Shown here in pieces: positions 14,136-28,871 of a stretch of 64,000 bases of DNA. The stretch is from Octopus bimaculoides. Lineage: Eukaryota. Numbering within the stretch: the stretch's first letter is position 1; the number at the start of each line of letters is the position of its first letter. The DNA is taken from assembly GCF_001194135.2 (NCBI RefSeq), contig NC_068981.1:191943582-192007581 (forward strand), written 5' to 3'. Made by a program: the position numbers and the translations under genes. Under the pieces are notes generated by a model. It saw nothing but the letters and a program-made list of their open reading frames with translations, was not told where the DNA came from and searched no databases.

Positions 14136-14514
14136 GTCAACTAATTGAGCACTGGAGCCAATGTAATCAATTAATCCTCCCCTTTAAAATTGCTGGCCTT
14201 GTGCCGAAATTAGAAAGAATTATGACCATTAATAATTTGTTTTTAAGGTGGAAAACTGGGAGAATCCTTAGTACCTTGGACAAAATGCTTTGTAACATTT
14301 CTTCTGGTTTTTTACATTCTGAGTTCAAATCCCATCAAGGTCAAGTTTGTCATTCATCCTTTCAGGGTTGATAAAATAAGTACACGTTGAGCACTGGAAA
14401 GGGTGGGGGCAATATAATCAACATACTTCTCTCCTAAGTTTTCAATTTCTTTGGTATCAACTCTGCTATCATTGGCTAATTACAAAATCAATGATTCTAC
14501 ATTGTTCGTATACT

Positions 14515-14640
14515 CTCTCCTATTATTGTTATTGTTATTCTCCAACCTAGAGATCTTTTACGACCAGGTTCTGTGTCTCTGCCCACAGGAAGCATAACAC
14601 CTTCTTCAGCACAAGCCATTCCAAGCACTGCATAATTTAT
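14515..14640 (-). mobile_element. Probable R4/Dong-like 3' terminal fragment between (TTA)n-like tracts
   Basis: The minus strand ends in an (AATAAC)n-like tail. Just upstream it resembles the A(L/V)LGTAxILRKV C-terminus only weakly. Confidence 0.35.
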
Positions 14641-15137
14641 TATCATTATTATTATTGAGTGAGAGAGCAGCACATGCCATCAAAGTGACACTGGGGTACA
14701 AATATACAAAGTCCAATGTACCCATCATGGCTACCCATTGATAAGAGGACACCAGGCACATGCATCACAACCATATGTGTGAGGCATTGTGATCTCATAT
14801 CAAGACAAAGAGCACATGACCCTGCAAGTGGGGTCCAGTTAGAATTTTCTTCTGATCAGGTAGCTCATCCAACTCAAAAGATCCCTGAATAAAGTCCCAA
14901 CTACTTCTGCTTGTGATCAGAGATGCACATTTTGTCAACCACCAAGAGACATGCTCAACTGATTAAGATCAAACAACTGACAAGCAATATCTGTGGTATT
15001 AAGCAGAATATTTGCTGCAGCCCATCTTTTGCACAAAGACAAAACATGTACATGATAACACTTCCAATCAGTTAAGATCAGAAGCCAAGAGAGCCACTGC
15101 CTGGTATTGCACCAGGGCATTATTATTATGATTATTA

Positions 15138-15171
<34 letters not shown>

Positions 15172-15460
15172 CATCATCATCATCACCATTATCCACATAG
15201 AAATTTATCATCTTCTAAACAGTGACTTGGATATTGGATTAATTGACGAGCAGTAGTCTTGTTGCTGATAGCTGATCAAATAGTTTCATAACTCCACAAT
15301 CAGAATGAATATCACACTTTCTCTAAACACAACCAGATGTCAAAAACATTGATAAAAATTTCTCAGCTCCAGAAATAGGTGTTGTATTGTTATTATTAAA
15401 AATGCCTTTATCAAAAAGATAAAGACATCTCTCTCTATTTTAAATCAAAGAAATTTGATT

Positions 15461-15738
15461 CATCATCATCATCAACGTTTAATGTCCATTTTCCATGCTG
15501 GCATGGGTTGGATGGTTTGACTGAGGACTGGCAAGCCAGACGGCTGTGCCAGGCTCTAATCTGATCTGGCAGGGTTTCTACAGCTGGATGCCCTTCCTAA
15601 CGCCAACCACTCCAAGAATGTAGTGGGTGCTTTTTACATACCACCAGCACGAGGGCCAGTCAGGCAGCATGGCATCGACCACGCTTGAATCATTCTTTAT
15701 ACGTGCTACCGGCATGGGAGCCAGTCAGGCAGTACTGG
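15461..15738 (-). mobile_element. RTE 3' UTR / (GAT)n-tailed repeat copy
   Basis: (cat)n ... ttaatgtccattttccatgctggcatgggttggatgg ... ggatgcccttcctaacgccaacc. Confidence 0.8.
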
Positions 15739-16402
15739 TAATATATATATGTGCACATGTATGTGTATGAGTGTGTCTTTCTTTCTGTGTTTGTCCACCA
15801 ACACCACTCCACAACTGGTGTTAAGTGTGTTTAGATTCCTGAAATCTAGCGGTTCAGCAAAAGAGGCCAACAGAATAAATACCAGGCTTAAAAATTAAGT
15901 TCATAGGTCAATTTGTGCACAGGTTCAATCCAGAACCTCAACTGGAGAAGCCCTGGTATGTTTTTACAAATTTCCACTGTATCTCAATGTACATATGCAA
16001 ATGTAGATGTGAATATATATAAATACATGAATGTGTGTATATATATATGTGCGTGTGCATGCACATAATAAAGCGATCAGCTATTCACTATATATAATGC
16101 ATACTAATGTTAATAATCAGCATTACTGATTAACAAAGGAACATTTCATATTTCTCCTACTTCCCAAGACTTAGATATATCTATTCAAGGTTACACACAC
16201 ACACGATAGAAGGCTACAGAAAAGAGTGGAGGGGGTTCAAGTAGTAAAAGTAATAATAAAAATGGTACAGTTGACATGGGGGAGGTCAAGAGAGCAGGAT
16301 GACATGGTTGGATAGTTTGCAAATAGGCATAATTCATAGGATGAGGGGATGAATCACTAATGTGTACAGAGAGCACAATACACAGCACTTCCAAAATTTA
16401 GT

Positions 16403-17600
16403 TTCATTAACTGTTGATTTTGGAGAAAGCATTTGACGGTAATCTGGTGAGCACTGAAGAAACTAGAAGTAGAGGAACGGCTTGTGCAAGGCAGTTCAAG
16501 TTATGTACAAGGGTGAAGCAAGTAAAGTGAGAGTTAACCATGACTTCAGTGATGAATTTGATGTGAAGGTCGGAGTTCATCAAGATTCAGTCCTCAGTCC
16601 TCCCCTATTCATCATAGTCCTACAAGACACCACAGAAGGGTTTAACCCTTTAGCATTCAGATTACTTTGTCAAATGCAATGCTTATTTATTCACATTGTT
16701 TTGAATCAAATTATGCATTATCTCATAGCTTCAAGATTTCAATGGTGTAATTGTTTATGTTTAGAATGACATTGTATGACAGGTGTGAAAGGTTGGATCT
16801 AGTCAGTTTGAACATAAAACAAGAAGAATATATTGGGCTGGGTATGGTTGGTTTAAATGCTAAAGTGTTAAGTCTGGCTATCCACAGGAACTCCTATATT
16901 CTTATGATCTAGTTCTCATGGGGTAATTAGTGAAAGAAATTCCAGGCATGGAAACAAAAACTGGAATTGAGAGGCCTGAACCAAGCAAAGAGAAATATTT
17001 TAGTAAATAGGAAAGAAGACAGGGCCCTGGTACCTTCAGGGAAATGGCCTTGCTTGATATGCAGAAAAGGAGTAGATATAAATTCCATATACTGTATTCG
17101 ATGTTAGCTATGAACACACAAGAGATTCCCCATCCAAAAACATAAATTTCATATGAGGTATATGCAAGGAGCAGTTTGTACAAGCACACCAGAAACTGAG
17201 ACTCTTAAATGCTCAGGTTGTACAGGGATTTAAACGGACAGACTGTATGGTGTTTGTGTTAGAACTATAATACTTCATGGTAGTGAATGGGCAGGGGACT
17301 TGAGAAGACTAGAAAGAAATGAAGCAAGCATGCTTCATTGGATGTGCAATGTGCGTGTGAAAAACTAGGCATAAGAGGAATCAAATGTGTGCAAGAAAGA
17401 AGGCTGCACTAGTATGGACATATGATGTGTATAGAGGAGGATAAATGTATAAAGATGTGCCAATTGCTAAATGCGACCAGAACCTGCAAAAGAGGGAGGC
17501 CCAGGAAGACATGAGATTAAATGATTAAAGCTGACCTAGGATGCCTGATGGCAGAGATGACAAAGGACTGGGATCTCTGGTGATATAAGGTTCACAAAAG
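16403..17600 (+). mobile_element. RTE-clade LINE, degraded RT and C-terminal region
   Basis: DxEKAFD ... VKVGVHQDSVLSPPLFIIVLQ ... [MITE] ... GYPQELLYSYDLVL (YADD-like) ... PSGKWPCLICRKGVDINSIYCIRC ... YGHMMC ... RGRPRKT ... EMTKDWDLW. Confidence 0.85.
16646..16867. mobile_element. TTAA-type MITE (family C, 222 bp) inserted in an RTE RT fragment
   Basis: TTAA 16642-45 and 16868-71. TIR CCCTTTAGCATT ... AATGCTAAAGTG. A second copy lies at 22833-23037. Confidence 0.88.
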
Positions 17601-19372
17601 GACTCCTCACTGCGCTGGGATAGGATGGTCAGGGTTGATCATGGGTTTACTTAAACAAGGATGACTTGAGGCTGAGCAACAACAACTGACCCTTACTATT
17701 AGATTAACTTTAAACCAATGATTTGACAGAGTTGTCAAAAGGTTGAACAAAATACCTTGTGGCATTTACTCTAGCACCTTGAGTTACAAGATCTAACTGG
17801 GGTCAACCTTACTCTTCATTCTCCTGGAGTAGATAAGGTATCATTCGAGGGTAGCTGACTGGCAGAAACAATAGAGCAACAAACAAGATCTTTTGTGAAA
17901 TTGATCTGGCTTTTTACATTCTAAGGTCAAATCCTACTGGGACCTATATGAGCAGCAGACTCAGTCCATCATCCAGTTTAACACCACCACCTTGGGTGCC
18001 TTTAGCAAAGTCCAAGCATTCAGGTCAGGTCTCTTCTTTGTTCCTTCCTACCAGTTTTCAAAACCCCGTGAAAGGCTAGAAGCTTCCCTCCTGATTAAAA
18101 GATTTGAAAATCAACAACAATCCTTAAGACTCTATTAATTTCAATTTAAGCTTACTTGAATATTACCGAGTATTTTGTTAAAATAACCCTTACTATCAAG
18201 TAGGGAATGTGATTAAAAATTAAAAAAAAGAAACACTAAAACAAAATCTAATATGACAAAATGGTTTCAAGAACATTGTAAGACCAATATTTAGTGTACA
18301 GATTTACACCAAATATATTTTCACCATTTTATTAAGAACTATAGTAGAATATTATTTCTTAGTTATTATTTCTTATTATTTGACAATATTTCCTTTTACC
18401 AACGTCAGTTTGGTTCCCATGGTTTCAGGTATGTTGCTTGTTGACAATGTTATGTCTGTTAGTTGAATAAACTACTGGATATCAGGTTTTTTAAAATTTA
18501 TTTATTACACATGGTGTATAATAACTACATTAATATTACGTTTTTGGCTTAAGCAACAGCATGGCTGCAAAGTTAATTTCCTTCCTAACTACCTAATCAC
18601 ACAGCAAGCAGCAAGGGCAATTGTCTCCTATAACAGCCACACCCCAACAATTCTCTCTCTCTCTCTCTCTCTNNNNNNNNNNTATATATGATCCCAGGAC
18701 TGAGGTGTAAGAAGAAAGTTAGCTTCAAGCAATCCATAGTAAATATTAAAAATAACAACTTTTAGAGATAATGAGACAGAAGGTTGTGGATTTTTTTTTC
18801 CTATTGAAGTATGATAAATTGAAAAAGGTTCTTTTTATATTTCACGGTAGGGGACCAGGGTTGCCAGGTGTGCAAATAACAATACAAAAGTTAATGAATG
18901 GAGTAAATAAGATGCAGCCTATATATGTTTCATAGCGAGCGGCACCTCGGAAGTGGTAAATATCCAAGCGAAGTGTATCCCGCAGGCTACTCTTCAGGCC
19001 AAGGCTATCTTGATTAAATGAAAATTTACATCATTGCAAGGAGGTACATGTTAACACATGGAAGATTCAATCAGAATATATATAAATGGGGGTGGGGCTT
19101 TCTTGTTGTAGCTGACAGATAAGGATTCAGCAAGTTTTTTGCTGAACATAACTGCATAAATGGTTTATTTGTAGTGACCAAATGTTTGTGCTTTACTTAA
19201 TAGCTCATTACCTGGACAGGTGCACAGTGTACACAGATGCTGGAGTCATGTGAAATTAAGTGTTTTGCTAAAAAACACAAGCACAGCACAACCTGAGAAA
19301 TGAAATTATGATCTTGCAATTACGAGTCCAACTTCTTAACCACTAGGTCCATGCCCCACCCAATGTATGTGT

Positions 19373-19715
19373 ATCATCATCATCATCATTTAATGTCCAC
19401 TCTCCATGCTGGCAAGGGTTAGATGGTTTGACTAGAGCTGATGAGCCGGAGAGCTGTACCAGGTTCCCCATCTGATTTGGCATGGTTTCTACAGCTGGAT
19501 GTCCTTCCTAACACCAACAACTCCAGAAGTGTAATGGGTGCTTTTACATGCCACTGGCAACAACTACAACAATTCATGGGTGGGTACCATTTACATGGCA
19601 CCAGCAGCAACCATGACTACGATTCATGGGTATCATTTGCATGGCACCTGCAATGACTAGGATTCACAGGTGCTAATTATATGGCATTGCCAATGACCAT
19701 GATTCCTAGGTGCCA
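19373..19715 (-). mobile_element. RTE 3' UTR copy with an internal degenerate minisatellite
   Basis: Same tail as 15461, followed by about four 40-45 bp units built on catggcacc...gattcatgggt. Confidence 0.8.
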
Positions 19716-19797
<82 letters not shown>

Positions 19798-22069
19798 TTG
19801 TTCTGGTATCACCTGGTGTTTTGTTAATGAGTGTCCCCATCATACAAATGACATCATTCATTTCCGGTCTTCTATGAAAATATGTCTAGCCAGGGGAGGA
19901 AATATTACCTTGTTCAGCAACAAAGTGAGGGTTGGCGACAAAAAGGACAGCCAACCATAGAAAATCTGCCTCATTGGATCCCATCTGGGTCATGTAATCA
20001 TGGAAAAGTGAACATTAGAGCAATGACAATGGTTGTATAAGAACTTGCTCAATATTTTTATGTGAACTAGATTAATGTTATTTAAAACATACACTGTATA
20101 AGAACCAAATTAATAGTATTTTTGCGTATAACAAACATTGTATAAGAACTAGATTAACATTTGCTTTACTTTGTAAGAATATTTCAAATTTCCACAAGTG
20201 ATACACAATAACAGTTTTCCAGGTTTGATATTTATAACTGTTACCAACCAAATTATTCACAACTGACTTTTCAGTTAAAGGTCAATACTATTGTTTTAGC
20301 ACAGTTTTCCATTTCTTTTTCCTTTTTTTTATTCTTGTCCAGAGTTGCAGAACATCAATATTTAATAATAATAAATAAATAAATAAATAAAGATAAAAAC
20401 TGCCAATTTCCAAGCTTTCAGAATTACTTTCACTGGCATACAAAACACTTGAGAAATTTTTAAAAAATTATGCAACTGTTAATAATATTTTGTTTGAACG
20501 AAAAATTGAAATCTTTAAATAATTAAATTTATGAATTAAGACTAGAATAATACATCCCTTGGACAGCAATTATTTTTCTAATTATATTTGAAGACTGTCA
20601 TTTGTAGCTTGTGGGACCCTCACAAACTAGAATGGTGCATGAGAAGTAATTACACTGAATAGAGTGATTCAGTAAAGTTTAAAAAGTTGCTGGAACATGT
20701 GGGAAGGAGTTTGTATTACAAAAGAGTTGCATGAAGGGTTATGTAATGTAGGATGTATCATCATTTAAAAGACCATGTTCAACGCTGCATGGGTGGATGG
20801 CTTCAATGAATTCTGTGCAACCCATGCCAGCATAGAAAAAAAGGACATTAAATGACGTTGATGATGATACTGATGACACTAGAAAGACCTGTACTATGAA
20901 CAACACAGCACTGAAAGGTTAATTCTGAACATTTTGTTAATACAATAAGTTAAAAAGCCCAGTCCTGTAAATATTCTGTTACCAAAAAGAAATTAATGTA
21001 AACAATGTTAGTATGATTCTTGAGATGTCATGCTTTTCAAGATGTGCAGATGTACAATACAGTACTGTACAAGTAAAGGATTAAAATATTCATTATGTAA
21101 ATCATATCAAACCCAATAAATGAATGAAGAGAGATTGAGAAATATACTTTCATACTTTTTGAGGATTTGAAATATTATTTTTAATTTAGCTAATTAATTA
21201 TCTAAGGTAGTTAATAATGAACACTTTGAATTGCTACAGTGAGTTGTACAGGCAGAAAATTTGTAAATGTAATCTCTATTGTAGCTGAAAAAAAAAGCAA
21301 AAAGTGTTTTGCTTCTAAAATTAATTAAACTTCACAATGGGGAGACATAATATAAAAGAAAACGAACAATTTCTTAATTTTACAACACAAACGTGTGTAT
21401 GTGTGTGCGTGCAAAATTTATATTTTGCCAAGTGCAAACATTTGATATAGATGTTGAGTAGAGTATTTATCATAATCAAAAGTTGACAGTCTACTCTGAG
21501 TTTCAACCTTGGCTAGGGTGTTTATGATTGACAACTTTCATATAATAAATACACACACTCATCATTTTAACACCCACTTTTCCATGCTCACATGGGTTGC
21601 CTGGAGCTCACTGAAGCAGATAGACTTCTATGGCTAGACAACCCTCTTGTTGCTGACCCTCACCTGTTTGTAGGTGAGGTAATATTTCCCCATGGCCAAA
21701 TAGGTTTCCAAAGAAGACTGAAAACAAAGGATATAGCTGGTATGACAGGGGTAATTGTCCACAACTATTACATGATATCAAGATAAGGAGAAACAAACAC
21801 ACACACATGTGCATGCATGCACACACACCACACACTATAGGCTTCTGTTAGTTTCCATCTACAAAATTCATTTACAAATGCTTGTGTTGGTCCAGAACAA
21901 TAATAAAGACCCTTGCCCAAAGTTCCACATCTTAAGCACACAGCTGTACCTGTGCCTACATAAACTATTGTTAATTTGGCTTTAACTACAAATTTGAACT
22001 TTTTCAAGTTTGAAACAAGAAAAAGTGTTTTACTCTTTGACATTCTTCCTAATTTAAAAAATTTTTTTT

Positions 22070-22456
22070 ACTTGTTTCAGTTATTTGACTGTGACCATGC
22101 TAGAGCACCACCTTAAAGGATTTAGTCAAACAAACTAACCTCAGCACTTATTTTCTTTTTAAGCTTGGTACTTTTTCTATCAGTCTCATTTTGCCAAATT
22201 GCTAAGTTATAAGGATGTAAAATATAACAACACCAGCAGTCAAATTGTGGTGGGAGATACATACAAATACACAAGACATATATACATATATATACGATGG
22301 GCTTCTTTCAGTTTCTGTCTACCAAATTTACTTGCAAAGCTTTGCTTGGTTCAGAACTATAGCATAAGACATTTGCCCAAGGTGTCACGCAGTGGGACTG
22401 AACCCAGAATCATGAGGTTGGGAAGCAAACTTATCACAAAGCCATGTCTGCACCTA
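22070..22456 (-). mobile_element. tRNA-derived SINE, tail type 1
   Basis: Reverse complement of the 4865 family along its full length. Confidence 0.8.
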
Positions 22457-22493
22457 TGTTAACCATTTAACCAATAAATATTAATATTTGGAG

Positions 22494-22533
<40 letters not shown>

Positions 22534-22832
22534 TAGGACAAGTAAGCATTGAGCAAATAAATTTTTAGGTCTTATGGCATACCAACTTGCCCAAATCTGC
22601 AATACAAATCACTAGTCTTCTCAGACTTCGGTGTTGACCATGTGCGAAGTGTGTGTGTGCATGAATGGTGCTGAGTGAAAAACTGGGCTTCAGAGGAATC
22701 AGATGTGTGCAAGAAAGAAGGTTGTGCTGATATGGACATGTAATATTGGAGCATTTTCAGTTGCTTTAGGCCTTTTGATACAAACCCATCTGAGGCAACT
22801 CTTGGTTCTATAATACCAATTTAATGTTTTAA

Positions 22833-23037
22833 CCTTCAGTATTCAAGTGTAATGCTTTTCCATTCATGTTTTTTGAATTAATCATGCATTATTTCATAGC
22901 TTTAAAATTTTGATGGATGTGATTGCATATTTTTAGAATGATATTGAAGGTTGATGTGATAGGCTGGATCTGGTTGGTTGGAACATAAAGCTGATAGCAT
23001 ATTTGGATCAGAGATGGCTGATTTAAATGCTAAAGAG
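22833..23037. mobile_element. TTAA-type MITE (family C), diverged copy
   Basis: TTAA 22829-32 and 23038-41. Collinear with 16646-16867; ends aatgctaaagag. Confidence 0.8.
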
Positions 23038-23690
23038 TTAAGCTTCCTTCTGTCACAACTCCATGTTAACTGATGTTCTATACACTAAATTAATAAGGTT
23101 ATGTTTCTTCATTGTATTCGAAATTAAACAAAACAAAGGCAGTGTAATTCAATACAATTATGGTACCAACATGGCAATGCATTTTGACTACAGAACCAAC
23201 AAGATGCTGAAATCAACTCTCTGTGCCCATACACATAATTTTTACCATTTTTGTAGAAGAAATTGTTCTGTGTTGTATTTTTATTTTATTACAAATAGAT
23301 ATGCATTGTGCAGTTAGCATCACTTGACTGTGAAATGGGAATGGAATCTGATTTTTTATTATTCAGAAGAAAAGAAGAAAGGAGGGGAGATACAATGACT
23401 GGAAAAGTAAGGTTTGACTAGTCACCATGTGAACTTCAAAATATACAATGGCAAGTTCAGGATTGGCCAATGTAATTTAGAAATTTAGAAATGATTTAAT
23501 TAAATTTGTTTATATAAGGAATTGGAATGATGTTGCTGAATGCACGCATGCACACACAAATACAGAGGTAATTGCAAAAGAAAATAAAAATACTTCACAT
23601 CACCATCTGTGTGTGTGTGCATAGCACATATCTATGTGTATGCCTGCATAATATACATATAGTAGGTGCCTGTGTGTATATGTATGGGTG

Positions 23691-23725
<35 letters not shown>

Positions 23726-24310
23726 TTGCGTATATCATGATAGGAACAACAGGAAGATAGCTAGAGCAGCATTTTAATATATTTAAGCCAGAATATTTGT
23801 ATTCACCGACAGCTATTCAGTATTGCAGAGAGGTTTAGGAACCATTATGCAGTTATATCATTGTCCACTCAGTGTGTTTCTTAGCAACAGTTCTAATATG
23901 GTAAATACCAATTGCTCTTTTGAGAGTCTGATACAAATTTTTATATATTTTATTAGATGATTTTCAGCAATACTTAAAAAGACATTTCAACAGCAACAAC
24001 TAACCTAACAACAATAAAAAAAGTTTTCTCCTCTAACACTGAATAAACTTGCAGAAAATAATCTACATATTTAATAGAATCTAGCTTTGAAATGTTCTGA
24101 ACGAGTAGCACATTGCTCAGGAATAAATGTGTTCAGCACATCAGGTATAAATTGTATTCTTTCACATCTTTTGTCGTCAGCACAGTTGGGAGAGTGTTAG
24201 ACAGAAGGAAGTGAAACTATTGATGCCAACAGGAAGTATTTCATGTATGCAATGGTAAGAATGACAAAACGACAAAATTTGAAAGAAAAGAGAGAAAATG
24301 ACTGATTTAA

Positions 24311-24901
24311 CCCTTTCAATACCAACCCACCTGAGACTACCCTTGGTTCAATGATATAAATTTCCTGCTTTAGAATATTCTAAATTAAAACTCCTATCAA
24401 ACTTCATGTTATCTTTTACTTGTTCCAATCATTAAACTGTGGCCATGCTGGAACACCGCCTTGAAGAATTTTTAGTTGAATGAATTGACTCCAATACAAA
24501 TTTTTTTTTTTCTTTTTTGTTTTGAAAGCCTGGTATTTATTCTGTTGGTCTCTTTTGTCCAAACCGCTAAGTTATGGAGACATAAACACACCAACACCAT
24601 TGTCAAGCAGTAATGGGGACATACACAAACACATGCAACTGGTTTCTTTCAGTTTCTGTCTACCAAATCCACTCACAAGGCTTTGGTCAGCCTGAGGCTA
24701 TAATAGGTGTCACACAGTAAGACCAAACCTGGAACCACATGAGTGGGAAGTAAGCTTCTTACCATACATCAATGCCAGCACTATTTAGTTTATATTCCAA
24801 ACACCAGCTTAATTGCAAAATTATGATACTGAATTCTTCATTATTTTCAAAAGTAATGGAAACAAACATTATATTTCAACAGAAATATTGTAACACAAAG
24901 A
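24311..24901. mobile_element. TTAA-type MITE (family A) interrupted by a minus-strand SINE (about 24415-24782)
   Basis: TTAA 24307-10, then CCCTTTCAATACC. MITE sequence resumes after the SINE and ends ...tgtaacacaaaga|ttaa. Confidence 0.72.
24415..24782 (-). mobile_element. tRNA-derived SINE, tail type 1, inserted in a TTAA MITE
   Basis: Reverse complement of the 4865 family, flanked on both sides by MITE family A sequence. Confidence 0.8.
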
Positions 24902-27900
24902 TTAATTACTCAGTTTAAGTTAAGAAAGTCACGAGAAGGGATAAAACCTGCTACTACAATTCCTATCACTGTTGCTATGATCACCTTCATGTTTTTCCTA
25001 ACATGGATTTGATAGGTTTCAATTTCTGATGTAGCACCATGCACTCCATGGTAGATCTAAGCATTGGTGGCAATTCTAGCAAAATTTTGTTTTACCATCT
25101 GGCTGGATACTCAATATCAACAGCTCCTACAATGGCACTAATTAGGGCCATTTATCATAGGTACCAGCATGTAGAAAGAGAAGCTGTATAATGATAGATG
25201 CCTTTCCTATTTTAGCTTCAGTTTCCAAAGTGATATGGATTAGTTGCATCTATGAACACTAGAAAAAGATTACCCGCCAGGATCAATTTCTTTTCTAGAT
25301 CATTGAAACTGTCATGGTTGAGATAAAGTGAAAATTGATCAAGTGTAAGTAAGTATCACAGAATCTCGTGCTCAGAAATATTCTGTTTTTGCAATGGATG
25401 GCATTATATTCCCTGGCTGTAAGTCAGGGTGTCTGAAACTTAGATTTAATTAAGCCATTTTCTCAAAGATGTAATGTGATGAGTTGAAAAACTGATCAAC
25501 TAAGATCATCTATGCAACAGAAAATAAACCCTCCTTCCAGAGATATTTAAGATAAAATAACTGCAATTTGTAGATTGCAGTTATCTAAGATCTCTAAATG
25601 GAAACTTTTGGACACTACAGACAATACAAATTGGAGTGAATCTGGTGTTTAAAACCAAATGACATGTTTTAATTTTATGAAATGCCAATAAAGCAATCGA
25701 TGCCAGTATGCAAAGTAGTAGACATAAAATGATGTTGATGATATAATTTGTATGAAGTGAAAATTGGTACATTCAAACACTAACATCATAGAGTAGTCAC
25801 TTCCAACCAAGTTATATACCCTAACATTAAGATACCAACGAAATAAGTATGAGACTGAATATTGTCACCTATATTATTGGCTAAAACCCTGAAGGTTTCA
25901 GTCAATTATATCAACCTCCAGTATGACATATCCAACAACTGAAACCAGTAGAAAGAAAAGGAACTGACTTGAGGCTAAAATTTCTTTTTAAATATTCCTT
26001 AAAAATGAAGGAAACCATGAAGGTTTGTGATGAAGGCATAAATGAAAACACATAAACCACAAAAGACCTTTACAACAATAGGAAAATCACAATTAATGGC
26101 CTTTAGAAAGGTGTGAACATGTTTCCTTTCTAATCCTTTATATATATATCTCTCTGAAACATTGTACAAAGTCAAAGAAATCAATATTATTAAATTTACA
26201 GAAATAATCTTTGTTTTAATATGAAAGTGAATTACTGTTTAGCAACACAAGTATGGGAATTAGATGCAGTTTTACATCCATTTTTGTTAACATTAAGTCA
26301 AGTCTTCTAATGTTAACATTAAAAACCACTTTATCAATACTTCAGTGAAACATTTTCAAATGCACACACACATATAGTGATAGGAAGACAGACATAAAAA
26401 CACACACGCACATGTGTGTTGTGTACACACATACACACACACATATATATATCCACACACATAGACATATGCATACACACATTACTTTGTGTTATTAAAG
26501 TATTCAATACTTCAAGAAATAGAGCGTGCTTAAATTTTTTATTCAGTAAATTTAATATAACTTGTTATTTCTACACCATACTCACATGTATACTACAATG
26601 CAGAAAAAAAAACTTGCTCTGGATTTTAGGCATTATTCTAAAGAAATATTGTTTCCGATCATACCAACTACAAGACCAAACACAACGTTATTCTTCAGTC
26701 TTTTCCCTTCTCAGCAATAACGGACCAAGATGCACTCATACCTACCAGAGACATGCTATTCTATATCTCATACTAGTGGTTTCTCATATCACAAGATTTG
26801 AGTGCAATAAAATGCTGAAAACTCCGACATCAATGAAGATTTCAACCACATCTCTAACTGTACCAAAAGACAGTACTTATATATATATATATATATATAC
26901 TAAGGAAACAGAGGTACAACACTGATTCATGGATAACATACAGCTAAACTTTCAGATATGTGAGGTTTTATGACTCTTCAGAGTGACCACACCTATTATA
27001 TTCATAAAACTGCTTCCTGAAGGTTATGCTTTCTCTTCAGAGCCAGTTACCTGCTTCAGTCCCTTCCAGTTACATGAACCAACAAGAGAACTTTCACATG
27101 GTTGTTCATCCTGCAAAAGCTAGCAGCTAAATTATCCTACAATCATAGGAAGACATTGAATAATGTAATCCTAGATATACTTATGCTCCCTCTTCTCAAA
27201 AATAAAAAAGAAAAACAATGGTATGGTGATAATAGGTACACCTTTAATGATAGATACACTTGGTTAGAGCTAACCTTGGGCTAAAACTTTGGATCAAACA
27301 CCTCTGTCTGATTTATAGATCTTCACCCTACAACCATACCCTCCCCCACCAAAAAAATTATACCATTACTAAAACACTGCTCCACTGAAATGCAAGTTCT
27401 ATACTTACCCCCTTCACCCTTCCCCTTCCCCTTCACCCTTCCCCCATCTACTGTGTGTCAATTCCTTAATTCTATGGTAAACAATGCAGAATGGTTTCCC
27501 GTTAAAACAGTTATGTCCTTGACCACCCGCTACCACTATCTATATTTCCACATCAACCTGAACACCACCGATTACACCAACTTAACCCTTTCATTAAACT
27601 ACATTGCCCTTGTTTTAATAAATTTTTGAAATAAGAAAGAATTCATTAAACTAGCTTATTAAACTGCTATTTGGAACATAAACATGAAATCTTAAAAGGT
27701 TTTAATTTAAATCACTTTAAAACACAATATTTCTATTGAAGTACATTGCCACTGTCTCAATAAATCTTGAAAATAATGAAGAATTTAGTAGAACTATCAT
27801 TGATTAAGCCTGTATTTGAAAGATACATTAACAAAGTTTTGATAAAAGGGCTTTATTTAGATCACTTGAAAACAGGGATTCTGTATTACCGAACCAGGTT

Positions 27901-28828
27901 CAGTTTCAGGTGGGTTGGTATAAAAAGGATTAAAAATGAGAGAGGGAAGGGAGGGAGAGACTGAGAGAGTATGCATTTGTGTGTGTGTACACGTGCATGC
28001 ATGCTGGTAATGGCACAAATACTATGAATAAAAAGAGGCAGGTAGCTGATACCGTGACCAAGGTTAAAGCTGAAACCTGCTAATTTCTCAAATTCCCAAA
28101 GAGTAATTAAAATCTAATGCTCTGTTGCAAGATGTATACACAGCGAAGCACATTGAAGTCAATAAATTTAATAAAAGAAACCACACCACAATTAGCTACT
28201 TAGAGAATGGTGTTAGGCTTGATTTACGACTTACTGTTCCATCTTTCAATGCCAATTCTTAGTTATAATGTTCTAAGTTCTTTGATGCCAAAGTGGTACA
28301 TTCACCAATATTTAATCTGTATTTTTTTTAAGCAGTGAATATTGCTCTACTAAAGAATGGATTCAACATTTTCTATGAAAAAAAGAGACAAAAAAAAAAG
28401 GTGAGGTGCTAAAAATAGTGTCAAGGTTGTGAGAAAGGAGGTGAAAATACTTTAATAGAAATGGAGATAAAGTTTAATAACTGGTTCAGTCAATACTGCT
28501 GTTGCCTGCTGTGTGTGCGTGTGTGTGTGTTTGTGTTAACAATACTGTTAATGCTTGTATCTCTCTGCTAATGTATCTCTAGTGAAACTCTGATATGAAC
28601 AGGAAGTATTTGTGAAGAAAACTGGCCTTCAAAATCAGTCTGCAACCCATGAACAGATAGGACTTTCATGTTTTTTTTAAACAGCTTTCTCCATTATAGT
28701 GTAGATGGTTTCATTAGGTGAAAGAGAANNNNNNNNNNNNNNNNNNNNNNNNNNNNNNNNNNNNNNNNNNNNNNNNNNNNNNNNNNNNNNNNNNNNNNNN
28801 NNNNNNNNNNNNNNNNNNNNNNNNNNNN

Positions 28829-28871
<43 letters not shown>

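Noticed and set aside
26416-26925. 169-aa plus-strand ORF
   Set aside because: It starts in a CA/TA-rich tract, begins at TTG and has no recognisable domain; consistent with a chance ORF in AT-rich DNA.
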